NCBI GenBank assembly: GCA_963737605.1 | Contig: CAVTTE010000013.1 | Span: 75,282-139,281, forward strand | Reading direction: 5' to 3' | Length of the DNA stretch: 64,000 nt | From: an uncultured Actinomycetes bacterium | GTDB lineage: Bacteria; Actinomycetota; Acidimicrobiia; IMCC26256; JACDBD01 | Shown here: piece after piece, positions 11,395 through 22,067 of the stretch | How positions within the stretch are numbered: position 1 is the first letter of the stretch | Layout of the letters: each line of letters begins with the position of its first letter | Made by a program: the position numbers and the translations under genes | The notes under the pieces: model-generated | The model's database searches: none | Seen by the model: the letters and a program-made list of their open reading frames with translations, nothing else | Told to the model about the DNA's origin: nothing

Positions 11395-13054
11395 ATGAGC
11401 GCAGATCTCGTCATCCGCGGCGGGACCGTCATCGACGGCACCGGTGCGCCGGGCGTGCGCGCCGACGTCGCCATCGCCGACGGCCGCATCGCCGAGATCG
11501 GCGACGGCCTCGACGGCACCCGCGTCCTCGACGCCGCCGGGCACGTCGTGACGCCCGGGTTCATCGACATCCACACGCACTACGACGCGCAGGTGTACTG
11601 GGACCCCGCGCTCACGCCGTCGTCGTGGCACGGCGTCACCAGCGTCGTCGCCGGCAACTGCGGGTTCACGATCGCGCCGTGCCGGCCCGAGCACCGCGAG
11701 CTGATCGCCCGCACGCTGCAGCACGTCGAGGACATGAGCCTCCCCACGCTCCAGGCCGGGATCCCGTGGGACTTCGAGACGTTCCCCGAGTACCTCGACT
11801 CCGTCGAGCGCCACGGCAGCGTCCTCAACTACACCGCGTACGTCGGTCACACCGCGATGCGCCTGTTCGTGATGGGTGACGACGGCTACGAGCGCGAGGC
11901 CACCGACGACGAGCTGCTCGCGATGGCCGACGTCGTGCGCGAGGCGGTGGCGGCGGGCGCGGCGGGCTTCGCGTCGAGCTCGTCGCGCGACGCACAAGGG
12001 CGACGGCGGGCGGCCGGTGCCGTCCCGGCTCGCCGACATCCACGAGATGGAGGTCATCAGCGCCGCTGGCGAGCCGGGCGCGGCGTCGGCGCGTTCCTCC
12101 CGGGCGAGCGGGTCACGCACCCCGAGGTCTACGACCTGCAGCGCGCATCGGCCGGCCGTTCACGTGGACCGCGCTGCTCACGATCAAGGGCTACCCGTGG
12201 CACGAGGACATGGCCGAGCTGAACGCAGAGGAGCGCGCGACGGGCGTCGACGTCTGGCCGCAGGTCACGTGCCGGCCGCTCACGTTCCAGATGAACATGG
12301 AGGAGCCGTTCACGTTCAACATGAACCCGATCTTCGAGGCGCTCATGGACAAGACGGTCGAGGAGCGGCTGGCGGCGTACCGCGATCCCGAGTGGCGCAA
12401 GAAGGCGCAGGACGAGCTGGACGAGCCCCGGTTCTTCAAGCCGAACTGGGAGAAGCTCTCGGTCAGCGAGACCACGAAGTACCCGGAGCTGATCGGGACG
12501 CCGGTTGCGGCGATCGCGAGCGAGCGCGGCCTGCCGCCGCTCGACGCGATGCTCGAGATCGCGGTCGTCGGAGAACCTCGAGACCGCGCTTCCGCAGCAT
12601 CCTCGCCAACGACGACGAGGACGCGATCGGATGGCTGCTCCAGCAGGACGGCATGCTCATCGGCCTGTCCGACGCCGGCGCGCACGTCAGCCAGCTGTGC
12701 GACGCCTGCATGGCCACCGACCTGCTCGGCAACTGGGTACGCGACCGCGGGGTGCTCACGCTGGAGGCCGGCGTGCACAAGCTCACCGGCGAGCCCGCCG
12801 GCGTGTACGGGTTCGCGCGATCGCGGCTGCTCGCGCGAAGGCAGACCGCCGACCTCGCGGTGTTCGATCCCGACACCGTCGCTCCCGGCCCGCTCCGGCG
12901 CATCCGGGACTTCCCCGCCGACGGCGAGCGGCTCGTGGCCGACGCGCCCGAAGGCATGGCGCACGTCGTCGTGAACGGGACGCCGATCCGCGTCGACGGC
13001 GAGCCTGTCCCCGACGCCGTCGCGTCGAAGCCGGGTCGCCTCCTGCGAGGCTGA
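11395..13054 (+). CDS. N-acyl-D-amino-acid deacylase family amidohydrolase (frameshifted)
   Basis: MSADLVIRGGTVIDGTG...PGFIDIHTHYDAQVYWDP...GNCGF...SDAGAHVSQLCD...ADLAVFDP. Confidence 0.9.
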
Positions 13055-13094
13055 TGTCGCGTCAATACGAAGGTACGAATCGACGCCGCGAATG

Positions 13095-13787
13095 TCACGA
13101 TTCGGGCGTTGAGCGCGTCTTCCCGATCCGTTCGTACGCCTCGTCCGGGATCGCCGACGTGTCCTTGTAGATGTGGTGGACGCACGCCTCGCCCTTGCGC
13201 TCGGGTGGGTGCTCGATGCTCGTCGGTGCGCCACCCCATTCGACGGGCTGCATCTCGTTGTTCACCGAGCAGTGGGCGCAGTACACGGGCAGCTCGTCGC
13301 GCATGAACGTCCGGCCGCTCTGCTCCCGCAGCGTGAGGTACGCGGGGTCGCCCTCGTAACGGCCCTCGTCGATCAGGCGGCCGCCGCTCCCACACCGGAA
13401 CGACAGCACGATCTTCTCGTCGTCCTCGTCGACGTCGACGCTGCCCATGTTGCTCACCATCGCCCGGGCGATGACCTTGGCGCGCGACCGACGCCGGGAG
13501 CGAGCCCCAGTCCGTGCCCGTGTCGCGTCGGGGGCGCACGAACTCGTCGCCGGTCTTGCGCAGCGCTCGCTCGACGGCCTCCTCCCCCAGCTCCTCGCCG
13601 ATGAACGTGAGCAGCGACGTGATCCAGTTGATCGAGTAGTCCTTGAGCGCGCCCCACTGGTCGACGGCCTTGTCGAGCAGCGCGGAGCCGTCATCGCTCC
13701 GCCCGCGATGAACGCGGCGCGGGCCTGCTCCCACAGCGGCGTCTGCATCTTGTCGATGTCGGCGTCGGAAAGCATCGGGTCGGTCAT
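13095..13787 (-). CDS. Conserved hypothetical protein with CGSGG and YCAHC motifs (internal indels)
   Basis: ORF 13095..13787; coherent C-terminal half FRCGSGGRLI...LPVYCAHCSVNNE...ACVHHIYK. Confidence 0.6.
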   Translation of the reverse strand: MTDPMLSDADIDKMQTPLWEQARAAFIAGGAMTAPRCSTRPSTSGARSRTTRSTGSRRCSRSSARSWGRRPSSERCARPATSSCAPDATRARTGARSRRRSRAKVIARAMVSNMGSVDVDEDDEKIVLSFRCGSGGRLIDEGRYEGDPAYLTLREQSGRTFMRDELPVYCAHCSVNNEMQPVEWGGAPTSIEHPPERKGEACVHHIYKDTSAIPDEAYERIGKTRSTPES

Positions 13788-13823
13788 GGCCCGCCCCCTC
13801 GTCGCTTGCTGGTGTGGCTTCGA

Positions 13824-15021
13824 CTATCTCGGTAGCCCGAGCACGCGCTCGGCGATGATGTTGCGCTGGATCTCGCTCGTGCCGCCCGGGATGGTGCCTG
13901 CGAACGACCGGAGCCACTGCGTCGCCCACGATCCGTCCCGCCACATCGTCGGCCCGAGGGTGCGAGTGTCGAGGGCCTCGGGGCCCTGCGCTTCGATGCC
14001 GGCGGCCAGGCACTTCTGGAGCGTCTCGCTGCCGTACAGCTTCAGCAGCGAGTGCTCCGGCGACGAGCGGCCCTGCATGAACTTGGCGAAGCCGCGGTAG
14101 CCGAGCAGCAGCAGGGCCTGCGAGTCGATGTAGAAGCCTGCGACCTGGTCCCGGAAGCGCGGGTCGTCGCGCAACGGGCATGCCGTCGGGCCCCTGCCGG
14201 TCGCCGAGGTCGATCATCGCCCGCGACGCCGCGGTCGACTGCGTACGCGTAGTCGATCCAGAGCATCGCGCGTTCGTGCGCGAGCGATCCCTGCGTGATC
14301 GGCCATCCCTGGTGCAGCTCGCCGAGCAGGTGCTCGGCGGGCACGACCACGTCGGTGAAGAACACCTCGTTGAAGTCGTAGTAGTCGGGCTCGGAGAGCT
14401 CCGGGAACGGCCGGCATTCGATGCCGGGCGTCTTCATGTCGATGATCAGCGCGCTGATGCCCTTGTGCTTGGGCGCGTCGGGATCGGTGCGCACGAAGCA
14501 GAGGCACCAGTCGGCGTGGTGCGCGCCGGAGGTCCATACCTTCTGGCCGTTGACGACGAAGTGGTCGCCGTCGAGCACGGCCCGGGTCGACAGCGAGCGC
14601 AAGGTCGCTGCCGGCGCCGGGCTCGCTCATCCCGAGGCACCACGCGATCTCCGCCCGCAGCGTCGGGAGCAGGAACCGCTCCTGCTGCTCGGGCGTCCCG
14701 TAGTCGATGATCGACGGGGCGATGATGCCGAGCCCCTGCGGGTTCAGGCTGCGGGGGATGCTCGCGCTTCGAGAGCTCCTCGAAGTAGATCATCTGCTCG
14801 GCCGGGGTCGCGTTGCGGCCGCCGAGCTCCGGCGGCCAACCGGGCACGAGCCAGCCGGCCTCGAACAGCGTCCGCTGCCACCGCCGCGCCCAGTCCGGCA
14901 GGTCGGCGCTCGACTGCTTCGGCTCGTTCATGACCTCGCGGCGCCGGCGCGTGCGCGTCGAGCCACGCGATCGAGCTCGGCGCCGGAACGCCTCTTCCGC
15001 TTCGCCGTACCGCAGTCGCAC
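13824..15021 (-). CDS. Acyl-CoA dehydrogenase (full-length subunit; frameshifted)
   Basis: WPPELGGRNAT, GMSEPGAGSDL, VVNGQKVWTS, VRTDPDAPKHKGIS, TIPGGTSEIQRNIIAERVLGLPR. Confidence 0.9.
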
Positions 15022-15065
15022 GGCTCCGACGGTAGCCTCGGCCTGACCACGTCCGGCCGGTCCGT

Positions 15066-16169
15066 GTGGACTTCGAGTTCAGCGAGGATCAGGAGCTGCT
15101 GCGCGACGACGGTGCGCCGCTTCCTCGCCGAGCGGGCGCCGATCAGCCGTACGTCCGCGAGATGCTCGACGACGAGCGCGGCACGACCGACGACGTGTGG
15201 TCGGGGCTCGCCGCGCTCGGCGTCGACCGGCCTGCTGGTGCCCGAGGCGCACGGCGGCGCGGGCATGGGCATGGTCGACATGGCCGTCGTGCTCGAGGAG
15301 CTCGGCCGGGCCGTGCACCCCGGTCCGTTCGCGTCGACCGCGGTCGGCGCCGTGAGCCTCGTCGCGTTGGCCGGGAGCGCGGACGACGCCGCCGAGCTGC
15401 TGCCCGGGCTTGCTTCCGGTGAGTCGACCGGCACCGTCGCGCTCTCGTCGGCCGGCGACACTCGCGCCGCAGTCGACGACGGTGATTGGAGCATCACCGG
15501 TGACGAAGACGCACGTCGCGGACGCAATCGCCGCCGACATGCTCGTCGTCACGGCCACCACGACCGAAGGCGAGCTCGGCGCCTTCGCCATCGAGCGCGA
15601 CGCGCCCGGTCTGGAGGTCACGCCGACCGCGACCGTCGACGGGACGCGCAAGTTCGCCACGGTCACGCTCACCGAGGCGCCGGCGCGCCGCCTCGGCACG
15701 GGCGACGCGACCGAGCGCGGTCGCCGAGACCGTCGACCGTCTCGGCATCGCCGCGGTCGTGGACGGCGTCGGCGCGGCGTCGCGGGCGCTCGAGATGGCC
15801 GTCGAGTACGCGAAGGAGCGGCGCCAGTTCGATCGCCCGATCGGCTCCTTCCAAGCCGTGCAGCACCTGTGCGCCGACATGCTGCGCGCCGTCGAGCTCG
15901 CCCGAGCCGGCGGCTACTACGCGTGCTGGGCCGCCGACGCCGCCGACCCGGCCGAGCGCCACCGCGCCGCCACGATGGCGCAGGCGTTCGCGGCCGACGA
16001 GCTGTACACGGTGGGCGCGTCGCTCATCCAGGTCCACGGCGGCATCGGCTTCACCTGGGAGCACGACGCGCACCTCTATTACAAGCGCCTCCTCACGCTG
16101 AAGGAGCTCGCCGGCGGCTCGCCCGGGCAGCTCGAGGAGCTCGCCTCCCTGGTCCTGGATTCGGGGTAG
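15066..16169 (+). CDS. Acyl-CoA dehydrogenase (short partner subunit; frameshifted)
   Basis: MDFEFSEDQELLR...EYAKERRQFDRPIGSFQAVQH...QVHGGIGFTWEHDAHLYYKR. Confidence 0.9.
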
Positions 16170-16185
16170 CTCGCTCCCGCTGGAC

Positions 16186-16205
16186 AGGTGACCAAATGGT
16201 CACCT
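16186..16205. promoter_or_regulatory. Probable ArsR operator AGGTGACCA-AA-TGGTCACCT
   Basis: Perfect 9-bp inverted repeat 12 nt upstream of the ArsR ATG. Confidence 0.75.
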
Positions 16206-16217
16206 ATTCTCGCGGGC

Positions 16218-16991
16218 ATGGACGAAGTGTTCAGGGCCCTCGCCGACCCGACCCGGCGGAGCCTCCTCGACGAGCTCTTCCGGGAAGACGGGCAGACGCT
16301 GAACACGCTGGAGGAGCACTTCTCGATGACGCGCTTCGGCGTCATGAAGCACCTGAAGCAGCTCGAGGAGGCAGGACTGGTGGTCACCCGGCGGCGAGGC
16401 CGCGAGAAGCTCCACTTCCTGAACCCCGTCCCGATCCAGCTCGTCCACGACCGGTGGGTGAGCAAATACGCCGAGCCCTGGGCCGCCGGCTTGAGCGGGC
16501 TCAAGCGCCAACTGGAGGGACAACAAATGGAGAAGGTTTTCGAGATCTACATCAAGACCACGCCCGAGCGCCTCTGGGAGGCGATCACCGACCCCGACAT
16601 CCGCGCCAAGTACAACTTCGGCGCGGGTGTCTTCTCGGAGTGGAAGCGCGGCTCGCGTCTCGACATGAGCGCGGGAGACGGGAGCATCGCCCTGGGCGAG
16701 GGCGAGGTGCTCGAAGCCGACCCGCCCCGCCGGCTCGTGCACACGATGACCGCGTTGTGGAGCGACGAGGTGAAGAACGAGGGCAGCTCGCGGGTCACGT
16801 GGGAGATCGAGCCGGTCGGCGACTCGTGCCGCCTCAGCCTCACGCACGACCAGCTGCGCGACGGCGCGAACGCCGAGCTCTACGGCGGCTGGCCGCAGAT
16901 CCTGTCCGGCCTCAAGACGTGGCTCGAGACCGGAGAGGAGCTCACGACGCCGGGCTCGCTGATGTACACGCAGGGATCGGGCGCGGCTTGA
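16218..16991 (+). CDS. ArsR-family regulator fused to SRPBCC/AHA1 domain
   Basis: MDEVFRALADPTRRSLLDEL...RFGVMKHLKQLEEAGLV; then VFEIYIKTTPERLWEAITDP...GGWPQILSGLKTWLETG. Confidence 0.9.
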   Translation: MDEVFRALADPTRRSLLDELFREDGQTLNTLEEHFSMTRFGVMKHLKQLEEAGLVVTRRRGREKLHFLNPVPIQLVHDRWVSKYAEPWAAGLSGLKRQLEGQQMEKVFEIYIKTTPERLWEAITDPDIRAKYNFGAGVFSEWKRGSRLDMSAGDGSIALGEGEVLEADPPRRLVHTMTALWSDEVKNEGSSRVTWEIEPVGDSCRLSLTHDQLRDGANAELYGGWPQILSGLKTWLETGEELTTPGSLMYTQGSGAA

Positions 16992-17028
16992 GCTGAACGG
17001 ACGCGGGGAGACACCGAAGGAGCGAGAG

Positions 17029-17625
17029 ATGCGCAAAGTCGTCGTGATCGAACACGTGACGCTCGACGGGGTGATGCAGGCCCCGGGCCGTGCCGAGGAG
17101 GACGACCGCGGCGGGTTCGATCACGGCGGCTGGGCGCATGCCCGCACCGACGAGGTGATGGGCCGGAAGATGGGAGAGGGGATGGCCAAGGAGGGCCGTT
17201 GCTCTTCGGGCGACGGACCTACGAGGACTTCTTCTCGTTCTGGCCCAACCAGACCGACAACCCGTACACCGAGGTGCTCGACAACACGCGAGAAGTACGT
17301 GGCTTCGACGACCCTGAAGGAACCGCTGCCGTGGCGCAACTCGACGCTCCTCGACGGCGACGCGGCCGAGGCGGTGGCGAAGCTCAAGGAGCAGCCGGGC
17401 AAGGACCTCGGAGTGCTCGGCAGCGGGCAGCTGGTCCGGTCGCTGATGCAGCGGGGTCTCGTCGACGAGTTCGTGCTCATGATCCACCCACTCGTCCTGG
17501 GGACGGGTCGACGTCTCTTCGCCGACGGAGGCGCGTTCGCCGAGCTCCAGCTGACCGACACCACGACGACCACCACGGGCGTCGTGATCGCGAGGTACCG
17601 GGCGGCACCGCACACGGAGGGGTGA
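17029..17625 (+). CDS. Dihydrofolate reductase / RibD C-terminal family protein (compensating indels)
   Basis: TLDGVMQAPG, LFGRRTYE, LGSGQLVRSL, VDEFVLMIHPLVLGTGRRLF. Confidence 0.9.
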   Translation: MRKVVVIEHVTLDGVMQAPGRAEEDDRGGFDHGGWAHARTDEVMGRKMGEGMAKEGRCSSGDGPTRTSSRSGPTRPTTRTPRCSTTREKYVASTTLKEPLPWRNSTLLDGDAAEAVAKLKEQPGKDLGVLGSGQLVRSLMQRGLVDEFVLMIHPLVLGTGRRLFADGGAFAELQLTDTTTTTTGVVIARYRAAPHTEG

Positions 17626-17716
17626 CACTGATGGGTTTAGCTGCCCCCTATTTGGCGCGAAACTTCTGGTACCTCCCGAGCGAGGACGAATCGCCTTCGC
17701 CCCCTTGGGAGAACGA

Positions 17717-17758
17717 GGAAGGTGGGAGACCAGATAGGACCGGGGTCTCCCGCCTTCC
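17717..17758. terminator. 15-bp hairpin between convergent genes, probable terminator
   Basis: GGAAGGTGGGAGACC / GGTCTCCCGCCTTCC with one G-U pair and a 12-nt loop. Confidence 0.6.
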
Positions 17759-17788
17759 CGCGTCCGACGAACGAGAGTCGCGCCCGGT

Positions 17789-19008
17789 TCAGCGGCGGTT
17801 CGTGAGGAGCAGGCACCCGGCCAGCGGGCCGCCGCCGGCCGCCGCCACACCGACCTCGGGATCGCCCGGCACCTGGCGCTCCCCCGCCTCGCCCCACAGC
17901 TGCACGCACGCCTCGTGGAGGAACCCGTAGCCGTGCAGCCGGCCCGCCGACAGCTGGCCGCCGTGGGTGTTCAGCGGCGAGCTCGCCGTCGCGCGCGATG
18001 CGCTGCCCGCCCTCGACGAACGGCCCCGACTCGCCCTTGCCGCAGAAGCCCATGGCTTCGAGCCACGACATCGTGATGAAGCTGAACCCGTCGTACATCT
18101 CGGCGAGCTGCACGTCGGACGGCTTGAGGTCGGTGCGCGTCCACATCTGCGCGGCGGCGTCGCGGCACGCCATCGTGGTGAGGTCGTCGAACTGGTCCCA
18201 CGACGGCCGGCCGTGCAGCGCGGTGCCGACCGCCTCGACGTTGATCGGCGGCTTGCGCAGGTCGGGCGACGGTGTCGGCGTGCGACACGATCACCGCGGT
18301 GCCGCCGTCGCACGGCACGTCGCAGTCGAACAGGCACAGCGGCGACGAGATCATCCGGGCGTCGAGGTAGTCGTCCATCGTCATCGGGTCGCGGTAGATC
18401 GCCTTCGGGTTCAGCGCCGCGTTCTTGCGGGCGTTGAGCGCGATCTGCGCCGAGCTGCTCGCGCGTCGTGCCGAACTCGTGGAAGTGGCGCTGCGCGAAC
18501 ATCGCGATCCAGGTCGCCGCCGACGGCGCCGCGAACGGCAGGTTCCACTGCATGAAGCCCGCCGGCGCGGAAGCTTCCGCCGCCGCCCCCGCCGCCGGGC
18601 ATCACCGCGGCGCGGCCCTGCTCGCCCTGGGCGCTGCCCTCGTAGACGCTGCGGAAGCACAGCACGTGCGTCGCGAGCCCGGCCGCGACCGCCATGCACG
18701 CGTCGATCACCGAGCCGAGCTGGCCCGGGCAGCTCGATGCCGCCCGTGTACCAGCCGAGCTCGAGGCGCAGCGCGTCCTGCACTTCGACGACGCCCGCGC
18801 CGGAGAAGCCGGGCGGCGTGTCCATCGGCCCCGGGATAGGTGGCGATGCCGTCGATGTCGGTCGGTGGTGAGGCCGGCGTCCTCGATGGCGGCGAGGCAG
18901 GCGTCGAGCGTGAGGTCGAGCGGGTCGCGGTAGCAGGCGGCGGCCGATGTCGGACTGCCCGACGCCGCTGATGACGGTGCGCCGCTCGATCGGGTCGACG
19001 ACGGCCAT
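17789..19008 (-). CDS. SCP-x/Ltp2-type thiolase-fold protein (frameshifted)
   Basis: VISGVGQSDIGRR, PLCLFDCDVPCDGG, AEMYDGFS, NTHGGQLSAGRLHGYG; no N-terminal catalytic Cys seen. Confidence 0.85.
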
Positions 19009-19437
19009 CAGCGCCACCGGCTCGAACAGCGGGATGTACACCGACTCGTCGCCGTCGTCGTGCCGCTCGAAGACGACCTGCACCGGCATGCCGATGCGCA
19101 CGTCGTCGGGCGGCGCAGTTCACGATGTTGGTCGTGAGCCGCAGCCCTTCCTGCTCGGGCAGCTCGACGATCGCGACGACGTACGGCGGCTCGGGCCCGG
19201 GCATCCACGGCTGGTAGGTTGACCGAGAACGTGTGCACGGTGGCGCGGCCCGACACCGCCTCGACGGCGAGGTTCTTGCCGTGGCACTTCGGGCAGCGCG
19301 GCGTCGGCGGGTGCACGTAGGTGCCGTCGTCCTGGCAGCGCAGGAACCGCAGCTCGCCCTCGGCGCCCGCCGGTCCAGAAGTGCCGGTTCCGGTCGGTGA
19401 TGCGGGGCAGGATCCGGAACGGGACGTCGTCGCTCAT
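19008..19437 (-). CDS. DUF35 Zn-ribbon/OB-fold protein (frameshifted)
   Basis: RCQDDG..HPPTPRCPKC...SGRATVHTF...YVVAIVELPEQEGLRLTTNIV...IPLFEP. Confidence 0.85.
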
Positions 19438-19788
19438 CAGTCGTCCTCTTCGGGCTCCGGGCGCGGCGTCGAAGCCGGCGCGGGCGTGCGGGATCGCCTC
19501 GACCGCCGGGCAGCAGCCCGAACCCGGGCAGCGTGAGCATGATCGAGCCGAGGATCTCGTCCCAGCTCGCGCCGACCTCCTTCGCCAGCATGGCGTGGCG
19601 CCGCACGCCCGCCGGGTTGCGCAGGATCACCGTGCAGACCAGGCGGATCAGCTCGTGGGTCTTGCGGTCGGGCGCCTTCAGCGAGTCGATCTGGCTGAGC
19701 CACGCGTTCTGCGCCGCGTGCAACGACGGGAAGACCTCGTCGAGCGGCTCCTCGAACGGGAAGTCCAGTCCGGCTGCTCCTCCGCCAC
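19437..19788 (-). CDS. Carboxymuconolactone decarboxylase/AhpD-like protein
   Basis: PDRKTHELIRLVCTVILRNPAGVRRHAMLAKEVGASWDEI; no CxxC. Confidence 0.7.
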
Positions 19789-19802
19789 GGCGATGACGAT
19801 AG

Positions 19803-20247
19803 CTACGCCGCTCCCCGGTCTGCACGCTCGGCCCGCGGGGCCGGAACACGGGGATCGTCACGTCCTCCGAGGTCTCCTGGAACAGCGACCTCGAGCGCCA
19901 TGCCGACCTCGAGCGCGTCGAACTCGCAGTCGACGACGTTGGTCATCATCCGCGGGCCCTCGTCGAGGTCGACGACGGCGGCCACGTACGGCACCCGCTC
20001 GGGGAACGGCGGCAGGTCGTTGCGGCGCACGACCGACCACGTGTACAGCGTCGCCCGGCCGCTGGCCTCGACCCACTCGACGTTCGTGCTCCAGCACACC
20101 GGGCAGAACGGCCGGGGATAGAAGTGGTAGCGCCCGCAGTCGCCGCAGCGCCGGATGAGGAGCGTGCCGGCCCGGGCCGCGTCCCAGAACGGCTGGGTCT
20201 CGAGGTCGGGCGCCGGCAGGTCGAAGCGCGGGCCCTGCCGCGGCCAT
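19803..20247 (-). CDS. DUF35 Zn-ribbon/OB-fold protein (frameshifted)
   Basis: PFWDAARAGTLLIRRCGDCG..FYPRPFCPVCWS...SGRATLYTW...LDEGPRMMTNVV. Confidence 0.85.
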
Positions 20248-20678
20248 CAGCCGCGGGTCGGGAGCGCGGCGACGGCCACGCCGCTGATCTTCGCCTCGCC
20301 GTCCTGGTTCACGACCTCGCAGTCGAGGTCGACCCGGTGCTCGCCGTGCTCCTCGTACTTCTTCTGCACGGTGACCTTGGTCGTGAGCGTCTCGCCCGGC
20401 CAGGTCTGCTTGGTGAAGCGCACCTTGTACTCGCGCAGGTTGCCGACGCCGACGAAGTCGGTGAGCGCCTTGCCGAGGATCCCGGCGGTGAACATGCCGT
20501 GCCCGAACACGCTCGGCAGCCCCGAGTCCTTCGCCTTGACCTCGTCGGTGTGCATCGGGTTGAAGTCCCCCGACGCCCCCGCGTACATCACGAGGTCGGT
20601 GCGGGTGAGCTCGTGGGAGAACTCGGGCCCCGTGTCGCCCTCTTTGATGTCGTCGAAGAACAGCTTCTGCTCGGCCAT
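20247..20678 (-). CDS. MaoC-family (R)-hydratase
   Basis: YAGASGDFNPMHTD...VFGHGMFTAG hydratase-2 motif. Confidence 0.92.
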   Translation of the reverse strand: MAEQKLFFDDIKEGDTGPEFSHELTRTDLVMYAGASGDFNPMHTDEVKAKDSGLPSVFGHGMFTAGILGKALTDFVGVGNLREYKVRFTKQTWPGETLTTKVTVQKKYEEHGEHRVDLDCEVVNQDGEAKISGVAVAALPTRG

Positions 20679-20700
20679 AGGTATTGAGTTACCCGTTCCC

Positions 20701-20714
20701 TGACATGGGTGTCA
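20701..20714. promoter_or_regulatory. Palindromic operator TGACA-TGGG-TGTCA
   Basis: Perfect inverted repeat 22 nt upstream of the MaoC/DUF35/thiolase operon start. Confidence 0.7.
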
Positions 20715-20730
20715 ACTTCCCGCGGCGACG

Positions 20731-21138
20731 CTAGCGGTCACCCTCGATCGCGAAGGTGTTGCCGTCGGGATCCTTGAACCAGGCGATCTTGCCGCCGCCG
20801 GCGCGGGGTGAGACTCCCCTCTCGTCGGTCCCGTAGTCGAAGCCGCTCTCGAGCACTCCCTCGAAGTGCTCGAAGGTCACGCCGTTCGAGGCCAGCTCGC
20901 CGACCATCTGCCCGACGTCGTCGACGTACCAGGCCGCCAGGGTCGCGGTCGACCGGCCGGCGTGGTCCGGAGACGGGTAGACAACCAGCGAGACGTCACC
21001 TCCTGACGCATAGACCTTGCTTCCGTCAGGCCCGGTCCGTACCGCCGAGAGACCGAGCTTCCCTTCGTAGAACTCCTCCGCCCGTGCCATATCGGTAACG
21101 GCGACCTCCGCGTTGAGTCTGCAGCTGCTCAGGCTCAT
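20731..21138 (-). CDS. VOC family protein
   Basis: AVTDMARAEEFYEGKLGL...KIAWFKDPDGNTFAI. Confidence 0.9.
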   Translation of the reverse strand: MSLSSCRLNAEVAVTDMARAEEFYEGKLGLSAVRTGPDGSKVYASGGDVSLVVYPSPDHAGRSTATLAAWYVDDVGQMVGELASNGVTFEHFEGVLESGFDYGTDERGVSPRAGGGKIAWFKDPDGNTFAIEGDR

Positions 21139-21194
21139 TTCGACCTCCTCGGCTCGGCGTGGTCACCATTCTTCCGGCCTGGGAACGCCGCGGC

Positions 21195-21636
21195 TCAGGT
21201 CGAAGCCTGCGGGCGAGCGGTGGCGCGCACGGTGATGCCGAACTCGTCGCCCGGTGCGACGATCTGGAGCAGCGAGAACTCGACCGAACCTCCGACGGTG
21301 ACCATCACCGCGTCCTCGGTCGCCTCGATGCGGGCGTCGCGAAGCGCCCGGCGATCGAGCTGATCCGCCAGCGACGCCCGCGCCCGGCGTTGAGCATCCG
21401 CGGGCACCAGCCGCACTGCGCCGCTGTCTCCGGTAGGCGGCCTCGTCCAGAGCAGAAGCTCCGGCGACGGCCGCCGCGTCGGCGGTGGCGGCCAGCGTCC
21501 GTCGCTCGGAGAAGGCGCGCCACAGGTCGAGGCTGATCCCGCCGAGGAGGAACAGCATCAGGCACAGCCCGAGCATCCACAACGTGATCGTGCCGGACTC
21601 GCGGCGCTCTCTCGGCTTCGGCTGCCGCTGCTTCAT
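21195..21636 (-). CDS. TadG-like pseudopilin (one indel)
   Basis: ESG|TITLWMLGLCLMLFLLGGISLDLWR...LAATADAAAVAGASALD. Confidence 0.8.
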
Positions 21637-22067
21637 TCGAAGCTCCGGTACTGATCGACCGGCTCGCTGTGATGAGCAGTCCAGCTCCAAGCTCCGACAC
21701 TGCCGATCCCGGGAATCGTGACGGCAGGAACGGCGACGGTCACGGAAGCACGCACGTTGCCGCCGCGCGGGAGCCGTCCGCCAGGCGCACAGTCGAGTTG
21801 CACGTCGACGTCACTGGGCGAGAGCCCGAGGTTTCGCGCCATGTCATGACCGGTCTCGACGGCGCGCCCGCGATCGCAGACCCCCGCCACGGCGACGACC
21901 CGTGACACCTCTCGGGCGATCGAGCGCGCTGTCGTCTGGCGCTCCGACCACGTCGGCAGCGTCAGGACGAGCAACGCGACGGGGAACACCAGCAGGCCAA
22001 CGCCGAGCGCAAGCTCTGCCGCGACATAGCCACCCTCGCGAGACCGGCTATGTCGGCGCACACTCAC
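21633..22067 (-). CDS. TadE/TadF-like pseudopilin
   Basis: EGG|YVAAELALGVGLLVFP...AREVSR; C-terminal VDQYRS. Confidence 0.8.
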   Translation of the reverse strand: MSVRRHSRSREGGYVAAELALGVGLLVFPVALLVLTLPTWSERQTTARSIAREVSRVVAVAGVCDRGRAVETGHDMARNLGLSPSDVDVQLDCAPGGRLPRGGNVRASVTVAVPAVTIPGIGSVGAWSWTAHHSEPVDQYRSFE

